Notes: generated by a model not told the origin, from the letters alone. DNA of 64,000 nt from Trueperaceae bacterium (GCA_965213705.1 OZ243913.1:3264001-3328000), one strand, 5' to 3'. Shown: positions 9,933 through 19,584, counted from the first letter of the stretch. A program made the numbers and translations.

Positions 9933-11135
9933 ATGAAGCCTTCAAACGACACCCCGCCGACAGCGGGCACCGACCGCACCTTTCTCTCGTGGCCCTTTTT
10001 CGACGAGACGCACCGGCAGCACGCGGCGGGCCTCGAGCCCTGGGCTGCTAAAACCTCCAACGAAATTCCACATGGTGACGACGTGGACGCGAGCGTACGC
10101 GCTTGGGTCGGGGCGTTGGGTCGAGGTGGGTGGCTCGAGGCTTGCGTCTCGAACGAAGGCAAGCTCGACGTGCGCACGCTCTGCCTAAGCCGCGAAACAC
10201 TTTCCCGTTTCGACGGGCTGGCGGACTTCGCCTTTGCGATGCAGGGTTTGGGGAGCGGCCCTATCAGCCTGTTTGGCACCGACGAGCAAAAGGCCGCGTA
10301 CTTGCCCGCCGTGGCGAAGGGCGAGAAAATCGCCGCCTTCGCCCTCTCCGAACCCGTGGCCGGGTCGGACGTGAGCGCGCTTGCTACCACGGCTGAACGC
10401 GACGGTGACGGCTTCGTGCTGAACGGTGAAAAAACCTGGATTTCCAACGGCGGCATCGCCGACTTTTATTTGACTTTTGCACGTACCGGGGAAGCGGCGG
10501 GCGCGAAGGGCCTGAGCGCCTTCATCGTTGACGCGGACACGGAGGGGCTGCGGGTTGCCGAGCGCATCGAGGCGAGCGCGCCGCATCCCTTGGCTCGGCT
10601 GGCGCTCGAGAACTGCTGCGTCCCCGCGTGCAAACTCGTCGGGGAGGCGGGCCGCGGTTTCAACGTGGCGATGGCGACCCTGGACGTGTTCCGCTCGACG
10701 GTGGGCGCGGCGGCGCTCGGTTTCGCGCGACGGGCGCTGCAAGAAACGTTGGCACACACGACGACGCGGCAGCTTTTTGGCGAGCCCTTGGCAGACATGC
10801 AACTCACTCAGGCCAAACTGGCCGACATGGCCCTCGAGATTGACGCTTCCGCCCTGCTCGTCTACCGCGCCGCCTGGACCAAAGATTGCGTGCAGGAGCG
10901 CGTTTCGCGCGAAGCCTCGATGGCGAAACTCTACGCGACCGAGGCGGCGCAGCGCGTCGTGGACGCCGCCGTCCAACTCCACGGCGGGCGCGGCGTGAGG
11001 CGGGGCGAAACCGTCGAACGCTTATACCGCGAAGTCCGCGCGCTCCGCATCTACGAAGGTGCCTCGGAGGTGCAACAACAAATTATTGCCAAACAGACTT
11101 TGAAGGCGTACAGCGACGGGAAGGAAACTTCGTAG
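9933..11135 (+). CDS. Acyl-CoA dehydrogenase
   Basis: [36 protein letters not shown] 9933. Confidence 0.93.
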   Translation: MKPSNDTPPTAGTDRTFLSWPFFDETHRQHAAGLEPWAAKTSNEIPHGDDVDASVRAWVGALGRGGWLEACVSNEGKLDVRTLCLSRETLSRFDGLADFAFAMQGLGSGPISLFGTDEQKAAYLPAVAKGEKIAAFALSEPVAGSDVSALATTAERDGDGFVLNGEKTWISNGGIADFYLTFARTGEAAGAKGLSAFIVDADTEGLRVAERIEASAPHPLARLALENCCVPACKLVGEAGRGFNVAMATLDVFRSTVGAAALGFARRALQETLAHTTTRQLFGEPLADMQLTQAKLADMALEIDASALLVYRAAWTKDCVQERVSREASMAKLYATEAAQRVVDAAVQLHGGRGVRRGETVERLYREVRALRIYEGASEVQQQIIAKQTLKAYSDGKETS

Positions 11136-11170
11136 CCATGCTCTTTTCTCTTTTTGGAGGTGACTGAGCC

Positions 11171-12775
11171 GTGTCTGACGCCACAGCCCATAAAGATACC
11201 TTTGTGCGTGACAACTTACCGCCGCCGGAACAATGGCCGGACTTTGTCAACCTGGACAAGCTCGGCTATCCCGACAGGCTCAACGTCGCGGCAGAACTGG
11301 TAGACGAGGCTGTGAAAAAAGGTTGGGGCGAGTGTCCCTGCATCCGCAGCGACGAGGTGACCTGGACGTATCGAGACCTGCAAGAACGAGTTGACCGCAT
11401 CGCCAACGTCCTCGTCAGTGAACTCGGCCTGGTGCCGGGCGAGCGGGTGCTGCTGCGCGCGGCGAACAACCCGATGATGGTGGCCTGCTACTTCGCGGTT
11501 CTCAAGGCGGGCGGCGTGGTGGTGGCGACGATGCCGCTGCTGCGCGCCAAGGAACTGAGCTACATGGTGAAAAAGGCGAAAGTTCGCCTAGCACTCTGCG
11601 ATGAACGGCTCGAGGACGAGATGACACGCACTCGTGAGCAGTGCGCGGAACTCGAGCACACCCTCTACTTCTACGGCTCGGGGGAACTCGAGACGCTCAT
11701 GGCTGAACAGCCTTCCACTTTCGACGCCGTGGACACCGCTGCGGACGACCCCTGCCTCATCGCTTTCACCTCCGGCACGACCGGCAACCCTAAAGCGACC
11801 GTCCACTTTCACCGCGACATCTTGGCCGTGTGCGACTGCTTTCCAAAGCACATCCTCGAGCCCGAGGCTGACGACGTATTCATCGGCTCGCCGCCGCTCG
11901 CTTTCACGTTCGGGACGGGCGGGCTGGTGTGGTTTCCGCTGCGGGTGGGGGCAAGTGTTTACTTGCTCGAGGCTCCTTCACCCTCCAACCTCGCCGCCAC
12001 TATCGAACGGGTCAAGCCGACAGTTTGCTTCACCTCGCCGACCGCTTACCGGATGATGCTGGAAGAGGGGTGCGACCTCAGCAGCCTCAAAAAATGCGTC
12101 TCAGCCGGTGAAACTCTGCCCAAAGCGACCTTCGACGCCTGGCATGAGGCGACCGGAATAAAACTCATCGACGGCATCGGCGCGACCGAGATGTTGCACA
12201 TATTCATCTCGGCCGCGGGCGACGACATCCGCCCCGGTGCGACCGGCAAGCCGGTGCCGAGCTATGAGGCCAAGGTCGTTGATGAAAAGGGCGAGCGCGT
12301 CGTGGGTGAAATAGGCCGCCTCGCGGTGCGCGGCCCCACCGGCTGCCGCTACCTGGCCGACCCGCGACAGCAGGAGTACGTGCTGGACAGCTGGAACCTC
12401 ACCGGGGACGCTTACCTGGAAGACGCGGAAGGTTACTTCTGGTTTCAGTCTCGAGCCGACGACATGATTATCTCCTCGGGCTACAACATCGCCGGGCCGG
12501 AGGTCGAGGACGCGCTGCTCGGTCACCCAGGGGTGCTTGAGTGCGCTGTGGTCGGCGTGCCGGACGAGACGCGCGGCCACATCGTCAAGGCGTTCGTCGT
12601 GCTGAGCGACGGGCACACGCCCGGTGACGAGTTGGTAAAAGAGCTTCAGGACTACGTAAAGGCGACCATTGCACCGTATAAATATCCTCGAGCCGTCGAG
12701 TTTATAGCCGCAATGCCCCGCACCGGAACGGGGAAGGTACAGCGTTTTGTCTTGCGAGAGAAGGCGACACCATGA
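11171..12775 (+). CDS. abmG: 2-aminobenzoate(anthranilate)/benzoate-CoA ligase
   Basis: FTSGTTGNPK, DGIGATEMLHIFIS and PYKYPR motifs; translationally coupled to the monooxygenase. Confidence 0.82.
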   Translation: MSDATAHKDTFVRDNLPPPEQWPDFVNLDKLGYPDRLNVAAELVDEAVKKGWGECPCIRSDEVTWTYRDLQERVDRIANVLVSELGLVPGERVLLRAANNPMMVACYFAVLKAGGVVVATMPLLRAKELSYMVKKAKVRLALCDERLEDEMTRTREQCAELEHTLYFYGSGELETLMAEQPSTFDAVDTAADDPCLIAFTSGTTGNPKATVHFHRDILAVCDCFPKHILEPEADDVFIGSPPLAFTFGTGGLVWFPLRVGASVYLLEAPSPSNLAATIERVKPTVCFTSPTAYRMMLEEGCDLSSLKKCVSAGETLPKATFDAWHEATGIKLIDGIGATEMLHIFISAAGDDIRPGATGKPVPSYEAKVVDEKGERVVGEIGRLAVRGPTGCRYLADPRQQEYVLDSWNLTGDAYLEDAEGYFWFQSRADDMIISSGYNIAGPEVEDALLGHPGVLECAVVGVPDETRGHIVKAFVVLSDGHTPGDELVKELQDYVKATIAPYKYPRAVEFIAAMPRTGTGKVQRFVLREKATP

Positions 12776-15165
12776 AAATCACCATCATCGGCGGCGGGCC
12801 GGGCGGGCTCTACTTCGCGCTGCTCGTCAAAAAAGAGTGGCCGAGTTACGACGTGACCGTGTATGAGCGCAACGGCCCCGACGACACCTTCGGCTTCGGC
12901 GTGGTTTTTTCGGACGAAACGCTGGGCGTGTTCAGGGACTACGACGTGCCTTCTTACGAGGCGATTCGCCGCAACTTCGCCTACTGGGACGATGTGGACG
13001 TGTATTACAAAGGCCACACCCTGCGCTGCGCGGGCAACGGCTTTGCGGGCTGTTCGAGGATGTCGCTCCTCCTCCTATTGCAAAACCGCTGCCGCGACCT
13101 CGGCGTGAGGATGGTCTTCAACCACGCGGTAGACCCCAAAGACCTGTCCCGCTTCGCCGACAGCGACCTCATCGTCGCCGCCGACGGCATCAACAGCCGG
13201 ATTCGGGACGCGCTCGAGGGTCATTTCGGCACCGAGGTAGACCTGGGTCAGGACATGTTTTGCTGGTTGGGTTCGACGCGGGAGCTCGACGCCTTCAAGT
13301 ATTTTTTCCGCGAAACCCCCGCGGGCGTGGTCCTGGCGCACGCTTACCAGTACGAGCCGAACCGGAGCACCTGGGTCATCGAGATGTCGCCCGAGACACA
13401 CCGCAAACTCGGGTTCGACACCATGAGCGAAACCGAGTACGCCGCCGAGATTGAACAGATTTTCGCCGAGGAACTGGCCGGCCACCCGCTGCTGACCAAC
13501 CGCTCGCTGTGGCGGCAGTTCCCGACGGTGAAAAACGCGCGATGGACTCATAAAAACCTCGTGCTGCTCGGCGACGCCAAGGCGACGGCGCACTATTCGA
13601 TAGGCTCGGGGACGAAGCTGGCGATGGAGGACGCGGTGGCGCTGCTTAACGCCCTCCGCAACACCCCTACAGTGACCGACGCGCTAACCGCTTTCGACCA
13701 AGACCGCCGCGAGGAGGTCGAGAAGACCCAGCACGCCGCCAACGTCTCGCTGCAGTGGTTCGAGAACATGGAGCGCTACTTCGAAATGTCGCCCGAGCAG
13801 TTCGCTTTTGGAGTAATGTCGCGCTCGAAGCAGATTACCTATGAGAACTTGCTGCTGCGGGACAAGGGGTTTGTCGAGCGGGTCCAGAAGGACTTTTTGG
13901 ACGAAGTGCGGGACAAAGGCTTCAACGTCCCAGACGCCACCCCACCGATGTTCACGCCTTTTCAACTGCGCGACATGACCCTTACGAACCGCGTCGTCGT
14001 CTCGCCGATGGCGCAGTATTCCGCCGAGGACGGTTTGCCGAATGACTGGCACTTCCAGCACCTCACCAGCCGCGCGGTCGGCGGCGCGAGCCTCGTCTTC
14101 GTCGAGATGACCTGCCCCTCGCCCGAAGCGCGCATCACGCCGGGCTGCACCGGGTTGTGGAACGAGGCGCAACGGGACGCCTTCAAGCGAATTGTGGACT
14201 TCGTCCATGAGCACGCCGCCTCGAAACTCTGTATGCAGCTCGGCCACGCGGGCCGCAAAGGCTCGACGCAAGTGGGCTGGGAACGGATGGACCACCCGTT
14301 GCCCGAGGCGAACTGGCCCATTTATTCGGCCTCGTCGGTGCCTTATCAGGAGGGCGTCAACCAGGAACCCAGAGAACTGAGCCGCACCGACATGGACAAG
14401 GTCGTGGCGGACTTCGTGCGCAGCGCGCGCTACGCCGATGAGGCCGGTTTCGACATGTTGGAGATTCACATGGCCCACGGCTACCTGCTCGCCAGCTTCA
14501 TCTCGCCCTTGACCAACCAGCGCCAGGACGAGTACGGCGGCCCCATCGAAGCCCGGATGAGGTTTCCGCTCGAGGTCTTCAACGCCTGCCGTGAGGTTTG
14601 GCCCGAACACAAGCCGATGTCGGTGCGATTGTCGGCGAGTGACTGGTCCCCCGGCGGACTGTCCGGCGACGACCTCGTGGCCGCCGCCCGGCTGCTCAAA
14701 GACGCCGGAGTCGACCTCGTCGACGTTTCGACCGGGCAAACGGTCGCGGGCCAAAAACCCGTCTACGGACGCATGTACCAAACGCCCTTCGCCGACCTGG
14801 TGCGGCACGAGGTCGGGATTGCCACGATGTCGGTCGGCAGCATCACCACGCCGGACCAGGTGAACACGATTTTGTTGCAAGGCCGCAGCGACCTCGTCGC
14901 GCTGGCGCGGCCGCACTTAGCCAACCCCTATTTCACGCTGCACGCCGCCGCGCACTACGGCTACAAACCTCAGCCCTGGCCGAAGCCGTACCTCACCGGC
15001 AAAGCCCAAGCGTTCCGAATCGCCGAACGCGAGAACGAGGCGACCAGGGAGTTGCGGCTCAAAACGAGACCGCCGAGCCACGCGGTCGAGGTTGACGAAG
15101 TAGGAGCGGCTGGCGAGGCAACCTTGCAACAGGCCGACGCCCTGCTGGTGGAACAAGGAGACTGA
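12772..15165 (+). CDS. abmA: Anthraniloyl-CoA monooxygenase/reductase (bifunctional salicylyl-CoA 5-hydroxylase/oxidoreductase family)
   Basis: N-terminal FAD monooxygenase (GGGPGG, TFGFGVVFS, GDAKATAHYSIGSGTKLAMED) fused to an OYE domain (SPMAQY, HAGRK, HMAHGYLL). Confidence 0.88.
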   Translation: MKITIIGGGPGGLYFALLVKKEWPSYDVTVYERNGPDDTFGFGVVFSDETLGVFRDYDVPSYEAIRRNFAYWDDVDVYYKGHTLRCAGNGFAGCSRMSLLLLLQNRCRDLGVRMVFNHAVDPKDLSRFADSDLIVAADGINSRIRDALEGHFGTEVDLGQDMFCWLGSTRELDAFKYFFRETPAGVVLAHAYQYEPNRSTWVIEMSPETHRKLGFDTMSETEYAAEIEQIFAEELAGHPLLTNRSLWRQFPTVKNARWTHKNLVLLGDAKATAHYSIGSGTKLAMEDAVALLNALRNTPTVTDALTAFDQDRREEVEKTQHAANVSLQWFENMERYFEMSPEQFAFGVMSRSKQITYENLLLRDKGFVERVQKDFLDEVRDKGFNVPDATPPMFTPFQLRDMTLTNRVVVSPMAQYSAEDGLPNDWHFQHLTSRAVGGASLVFVEMTCPSPEARITPGCTGLWNEAQRDAFKRIVDFVHEHAASKLCMQLGHAGRKGSTQVGWERMDHPLPEANWPIYSASSVPYQEGVNQEPRELSRTDMDKVVADFVRSARYADEAGFDMLEIHMAHGYLLASFISPLTNQRQDEYGGPIEARMRFPLEVFNACREVWPEHKPMSVRLSASDWSPGGLSGDDLVAAARLLKDAGVDLVDVSTGQTVAGQKPVYGRMYQTPFADLVRHEVGIATMSVGSITTPDQVNTILLQGRSDLVALARPHLANPYFTLHAAAHYGYKPQPWPKPYLTGKAQAFRIAERENEATRELRLKTRPPSHAVEVDEVGAAGEATLQQADALLVEQGD

Positions 15166-15170
15166 CGACC

Positions 15171-15644
15171 GTGGCCCCCGAAGTCCTCAGCAAACCCGAC
15201 AAAACGGCCCTGCGGCTGTGGCTGCGCCTCCTCGGCAGCGCCAACCTCATCGAAAACCATCTCAAGCGTCGCCTCCGTGAACACTTCGACGTGACCCTGG
15301 CCCAGTTCGACCTGATGAGTGAAATCGCTCGAGACGACGCGCCCAAAACGATGACCGAAATCTCGCAACTGTTGATGGTCTCGAACGGCAACGTCACCGG
15401 CTTGGTAGACCGCTTGAGCCGGGACGGCCTCGTGCAGCGCGAGCCGTCGCCGGGCGACCGCCGCGTCTACCTCATCATCTTAACCGCCGAAGGAAAAAAC
15501 CTGTTTGCAGAGATGGCGGTCCAACACGAACGCTGGCTGAGTGAATTGTTCAGCGGCTTCGACGAAGCGTTCGTGAGCGCCCTCGCCGAAGACATCAAAA
15601 AACTTCGGGGAGGTTTGAAGGCGGGGCTCGAGGCGCAGGCATAA
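15171..15644 (+). CDS. MarR family transcriptional regulator
   Basis: LRLWLRLL, MVSNGNVTGLVDRL and DRR wHTH motifs. Confidence 0.92.
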   Translation: MAPEVLSKPDKTALRLWLRLLGSANLIENHLKRRLREHFDVTLAQFDLMSEIARDDAPKTMTEISQLLMVSNGNVTGLVDRLSRDGLVQREPSPGDRRVYLIILTAEGKNLFAEMAVQHERWLSELFSGFDEAFVSALAEDIKKLRGGLKAGLEAQA

Positions 15645-15672
15645 GTAGCGGCTGCGCTATGATAGACACGAC

Positions 15673-15903
15673 ATGGAACACGTAAACATCACCCTACCCC
15701 TCGAGCTTAAAACCCGCGCCGAGACCCTGGCGCGTGAAAAAGGCGTTTCGTTAGAAGAGTTCGTTTGCGGACTCCTCGAGGAGCGTGTTTTGTTAGAACC
15801 TACCGAACGTGACCCATTTTTTGCTAAGCACAAAACGTTTGACGGAGACGTCCCTTCCGATCTCGCAGAGAACCATGACAAATATCTGTACGACGATGAA
15901 TGA
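15673..15903 (+). CDS. CopG/RHH-type antitoxin-like protein (orphan)
   Basis: N-terminal RHH pattern (VNITLPLELK...AREKGVSLEEFV); C-terminal DLAENHDKYLY typical of PIN-toxin antitoxins; -10 TATGAT at 15658. Confidence 0.65.
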   Translation: MEHVNITLPLELKTRAETLAREKGVSLEEFVCGLLEERVLLEPTERDPFFAKHKTFDGDVPSDLAENHDKYLYDDE

Positions 15904-15909
15904 TGTTCG

Positions 15910-16386
15910 TTACCGCTGGTACTGCCACGTCCCTCCGACCCGCTTATCCAGGGTGACCTCGTGGTCCGTCTGCCCGGTAACCCGGTAGCCCATGCGCCGG
16001 TAGTAGTTTGTCAGGTCGTCGCGCACCGCGTCCAAAGTCAGGCTGAGGGTGGGGATGTTGGTGCGAATCGCCAACGCTTCGACCTTGGTCATGAGCCAGC
16101 GCCCGTAGCCTTGCGACCGTGCCTCGAGCAAAGTAGCAACGCGGTCTAAGTGCCAACCCACCCCGTCTTCACGCCAGCGCAGGGCGCAAATCACTTCGCC
16201 AGCACGGTTTTCCAGCAACAGCGCGCCGCCGTGCTCGAGCCATTCGCGCATCCTCGCGGGCGTCTCGGCACTTTGCTCGCGCGCTCGAGCGTAAAGCGTC
16301 ACCAACGCGCCCACGTCCTGCAGGCTCGCCTGCCGCAGCCGGGCCGCCTCGTAGGGCTCGGTTTCGGGCGTTACTGTTTTTAACAC
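15910..16386 (-). CDS. GNAT family N-acetyltransferase
   Basis: ARSQGYG acetyl-CoA motif and YYRRMGY. Confidence 0.85.
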   Translation of the reverse strand: MLKTVTPETEPYEAARLRQASLQDVGALVTLYARAREQSAETPARMREWLEHGGALLLENRAGEVICALRWREDGVGWHLDRVATLLEARSQGYGRWLMTKVEALAIRTNIPTLSLTLDAVRDDLTNYYRRMGYRVTGQTDHEVTLDKRVGGTWQYQR

Positions 16387-16404
16387 CGCTCGAGCTTTTC
16401 AAGC

Positions 16405-16600
16405 ACTATGAATTGGGTAATACCGCACAACCCGCCTCTCGCTGTGTATCGTCCGTGAGTCATTCGCTTCACCTTTCGAGTCGAGTTGCCGACAAACCCA
16501 CCCTCGCCCGCACAGGCTCATCAACTCCTGCTCTCGACTTTGTCCATTGGATACGTTGCGAAAGCCTTCCGCGAATTTTTATGCAGAAAAGGCTATAACG
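16405..16600 (-). ncRNA. Structured non-coding RNA, 6S RNA candidate (or structured leader of the GNAT gene)
   Basis: Nested long-range helices 16579-86/16423-30, 16558-64/16436-42, 16550-54/16446-50 and 16533-39/16479-85; G-U pairs form only on the minus strand; own sigma70 promoter. Confidence 0.55.
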
Positions 16601-16606
16601 ATGCAG

Positions 16607-16635
16607 ACTGTAGCATGTGAGGTCGGCGCGGTCAA
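16607..16635 (-). promoter_or_regulatory. Sigma70-type promoter TTGACC-N17-TACAGT with extended TG
   Basis: -35 at 16635-16630, -10 at 16612-16607, 17-nt spacer ending TGc. Confidence 0.7.
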
Positions 16636-16764
16636 GGCGCGTCGGCACGACCGGGTGGCCGAGGTAACAGGTTGCAACGTCCGCCAAAAACGATGCGACT
16701 AAGAGAAATAACTTGGCGAAGTGTATGTGCAGTATGTGCTATCTTGGACCTCAGAGGTGACCCG

Positions 16765-16989
16765 GTGCCGCAACTCCATCTTTATGTACCCGACGAAGTC
16801 GCGAAGCGTTTGCGTGAGCAGGCCAAGACCAAAAAAATGAGCTTGTCCAAGTACTTGGCCGAGATAGTCCAACGCGAAACGCCGACGGGGTGGCCGGAAG
16901 GCTACTTTGAGGAGGTCGTCGGCGGTTGGGTCGGTGAACCCTTAGAGCGACCTGAGCCCCTCGAGCTTGAAGAGCGCGACCCGCTCTAA
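16765..16989 (+). CDS. vapB: Antitoxin (RHH/VapB-like)
   Basis: GTG after GAGGTG; MPQLHLYVPDEVAKRL RHH pattern; acidic tail; abuts the toxin; upstream direct repeat GTATGTGC x2 is a likely operator. Confidence 0.75.
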   Translation: MPQLHLYVPDEVAKRLREQAKTKKMSLSKYLAEIVQRETPTGWPEGYFEEVVGGWVGEPLERPEPLELEERDPL

Positions 16990-17394
16990 GTGTACCTCCT
17001 CGACGCCAACGCCTGCATCCACCTCATCAACGGCAGCTCGCCTGCTCTGAGCGCACGCTTTCAACGCCACGCGCCAAGTGAGGTCGGTATGTCGTCGGTA
17101 GTTACGGCGGAACTTCTGTACGGAGCGCGGTTTTTGTCACGTACGGCGGAGAACTTGCGGCTCATCGCTCGCTTTGTCGCACCCTTGCCGAGTTTTTACT
17201 TCGACGATGCCTGCGCCGAACACTACGCACGCATTCGCGTCGAGCTGAGGCGGCGCGGTAACACTATCGGGGCCAACGACCTGTTCATCGCGGCAACGGC
17301 GCTCGCCAACGGCCTGACCCTGGTCACGCACAACACCCGCGAATTCGAGCGGGTGCCGGGGCTCGGGCTCGAGGACTGGGAAACGAGTGCTTGA
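16990..17394 (+). CDS. vapC: VapC PIN-domain ribonuclease toxin
   Basis: YLLDAN, ELLYG, IGANDLFIAATAL, LVTHNTREF. Confidence 0.92.
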   Translation: MYLLDANACIHLINGSSPALSARFQRHAPSEVGMSSVVTAELLYGARFLSRTAENLRLIARFVAPLPSFYFDDACAEHYARIRVELRRRGNTIGANDLFIAATALANGLTLVTHNTREFERVPGLGLEDWETSA

Positions 17395-17512
17395 GCTTTA
17401 GGGCCACACCACTCGCTTTTTGAACAACGTCCACCTGAGAAGGCAAAGTTCGCAAACTCAAAACTTCGTGTTCTGCTTGTGCATGAGTCGAACCCCTGAT
17501 AGAAGCCGCTTT

Positions 17513-17534
17513 TGGTATAGATGTGGTATACAAT
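17513..17534 (+). promoter_or_regulatory. Candidate GlcNAc-regulator (GntR NagR/NagQ-type) operator overlapping the -10 TACAAT of nagA
   Basis: TGGTATA at 17513 and 17524 (11-bp period) directly upstream of the nag operon. Confidence 0.5.
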
Positions 17535-17555
17535 CGGCTCGAGGAAGGCGGGGGA

Positions 17556-18659
17556 ATGGCGCGTTTACAAGGCCGCTTGGTGACGCCGTCGGGCCTGCGC
17601 TCGAGTGAAATCACTTTTGGGACCACAGTGGAAGAGGTCACCCCGAAGCGGGGCGGTGGGTCTTACTTGCTGCCCGGCTTTATCGACACGCACCTCCACG
17701 GTGGGGGCGGCAGCGACACGATGGACGGCCCCCAGGGTGTGCGCGCGTTGGCCCGCTTTCACTTGGAGCACGGCACTACTACGCTCTACCCAGCGACGAT
17801 TACGAATCCTTGGGAAAAGGTTTTGGCTGCGCTGAATGGGGTGCGGGAGGTGCGCGAGACGAACGACCCCAGTCTACCGGACGTTCCAGGGGCGCACCTG
17901 GAAGGCCCCTTCATCAGCGAGAAACGGCTTGGGGCGCAGCCGAGCTTTGTCCTCGAGCCCACGCAGGAACGTGTCGAAGAGGTGCTCGAGCTTGATGTCG
18001 TCTCGCTCGTCACCCTCGCGCCCGAACTGCCGGGGGTCTTGGAAGCGGCACAAACCTTCGCCGCCGCGGGCGTGCGCGTAAGCGTCGGGCACACGATGGC
18101 GGACTACGAAACGACTCGAGCCTTCACAAAAGCCGTGCGCGACGTGGGCGGTACGGCGGGTTTTACCCACCTTTACAACGCCATGAGCCCGCTGGAAAGC
18201 CGCGCACCCGGTGCCGTCGGCGCGGCGCTGGCCGACCCGACAAGCTACTCCGAAATTATCTTCGACACCCACCACGTTTACGAAGGCAGCTTTTTGACGG
18301 CGTTCGCCGCCAAGCCTACGGGCTTACACCTCGTTACCGACAGCATCCGCGCGTGTGGGCTCGAGGCGGGCGAGACGGAACTCGGCGGGCAGACGGTCAC
18401 GGTGTCCGGCGGGGTGGGCCGCTTGCCCGACGGAACTCTGGCCGGGAGCGTGTTGACGCTCGACCAGGCGCTGCGCAACGCCGTCGGCGCAGGTCTCTCC
18501 TTGGTGCAGGCAAGCCGCTTGCTGTCGCAGACACCCGCAAGCTACATGGGGCTCAATGACAGAGGTGTTTTAGAACTCGGCAAACGCGCCGACATCGTGG
18601 TGATGGACGAGGCTTTGAACATTCTCGAGGTCTATGTCGCTGGGCGAAAGGTCGTTTGA
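17556..18659 (+). CDS. nagA: N-acetylglucosamine-6-phosphate deacetylase
   Basis: PGFIDTHLHG, HLEGPF, THLYNAM, GTLAGS. Confidence 0.95.
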   Translation: MARLQGRLVTPSGLRSSEITFGTTVEEVTPKRGGGSYLLPGFIDTHLHGGGGSDTMDGPQGVRALARFHLEHGTTTLYPATITNPWEKVLAALNGVREVRETNDPSLPDVPGAHLEGPFISEKRLGAQPSFVLEPTQERVEEVLELDVVSLVTLAPELPGVLEAAQTFAAAGVRVSVGHTMADYETTRAFTKAVRDVGGTAGFTHLYNAMSPLESRAPGAVGAALADPTSYSEIIFDTHHVYEGSFLTAFAAKPTGLHLVTDSIRACGLEAGETELGGQTVTVSGGVGRLPDGTLAGSVLTLDQALRNAVGAGLSLVQASRLLSQTPASYMGLNDRGVLELGKRADIVVMDEALNILEVYVAGRKVV

Positions 18660-19584
18660 GGTGGTGGGTCTCGGCATCGACGCGGGCGGCTCGAGCACGA
18701 GATGGTTGTTGCTGGAGGACAACGGGCTCGAGCTGGGCCGCGGCACGCTCGGCCCGCTCACCGGGCATGTCTTTACACCTGGGGAAAAAGAGGAAAACTT
18801 GGGACGGCTGGCCGAGTTGCTTCGCGCGGCCTCAAGCATCACCAAACCGGACGCCGTGGTTGGCGGCATTACCGGGCTGCACGGCGGCACCGAGGCGGCT
18901 GGACTGTTTCAAGCTCGAGCGCAGGAGGTATCGGGTTTGCCGCCTGAGCGGGTCCTGTTCGACAACGACCTGCACATCGCCTACGCCAGCGCCTTTGCGC
19001 CCGGCGCGGGCGTGCTGCTCTATGCGGGCACGGGCAGCGTCGGCTACCACGTGACTGCAAACGGGGAGACCGTGCGCGCTGGCGGCTACGGCTACCTCAT
19101 CGACGACGCGGGCGCAGGCTTTTGGATTGGGCAGCAGGGAATTCGGCAGACGTTTCGCCTGCTCGACGAACTCGGGCAGCCTGCTGACACGGCCCTAGCC
19201 AGGGCCGTTTACGCAGACCTCGGCAGTAACGATTGGGACGACATCATCGAGACCATTTACGGCGGCGGGCGCAGCCGGGTCGCCGCGCTCGCGCCGGCGG
19301 TGGCCGCAGCGGCGCAGGCAGGCGATGACGACGCAAGGGTGATTTTGACGCGGGCCGGTCAGGAACTTGCGCGTCTCGCCAGGGCCGTGTTGGAGCGCGT
19401 CGGGCGACCTTTACCAGTGGCCTTCGCAGGTGGTATCTCGAAACTCAGCCCGGTGTTAACGAAAGCGGTCCAAGCGGCTTTGCCGGAGGGTACGGGCCTC
19501 GAGACCGTCCACACCGAACCCGTGCGCGCGGCGGCGCGGCTGGCGCTCGAGCTGGCGCAGCAAGCGCTAACGAAAGAGGTTTAA
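18634..19584 (+). CDS. N-acetylglucosamine kinase (BadF/BadG/BcrA/BcrD ATPase family)
   Basis: GIDAGGSST, AGTGS, GGYGYLIDD-G-G; lies between nagA and nagB; alternative start GTG 18661. Confidence 0.85.
   Translation: MSLGERSFEVVGLGIDAGGSSTRWLLLEDNGLELGRGTLGPLTGHVFTPGEKEENLGRLAELLRAASSITKPDAVVGGITGLHGGTEAAGLFQARAQEVSGLPPERVLFDNDLHIAYASAFAPGAGVLLYAGTGSVGYHVTANGETVRAGGYGYLIDDAGAGFWIGQQGIRQTFRLLDELGQPADTALARAVYADLGSNDWDDIIETIYGGGRSRVAALAPAVAAAAQAGDDDARVILTRAGQELARLARAVLERVGRPLPVAFAGGISKLSPVLTKAVQAALPEGTGLETVHTEPVRAAARLALELAQQALTKEV

Noticed and set aside
13684..14916. Long antisense ORFs (410 aa here; also 9383-10456, 30202-31308, 31398-32552, 56922-57920)
   Set aside because: Shadows of well-supported genes on the opposite strand; expected in high-GC DNA; no recognisable motifs
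16455..16530. Hammerhead-like words (UUGAUGAG ... CGAAA) in the structured RNA
   Set aside because: Core reads UUGAUGA rather than CUGAUGA, and no stem III/UH cleavage triplet can be formed
17475..17495. GGTTCGACTC on the minus strand, resembling a tRNA T-arm
   Set aside because: No acceptor, D or anticodon arms and no CCA
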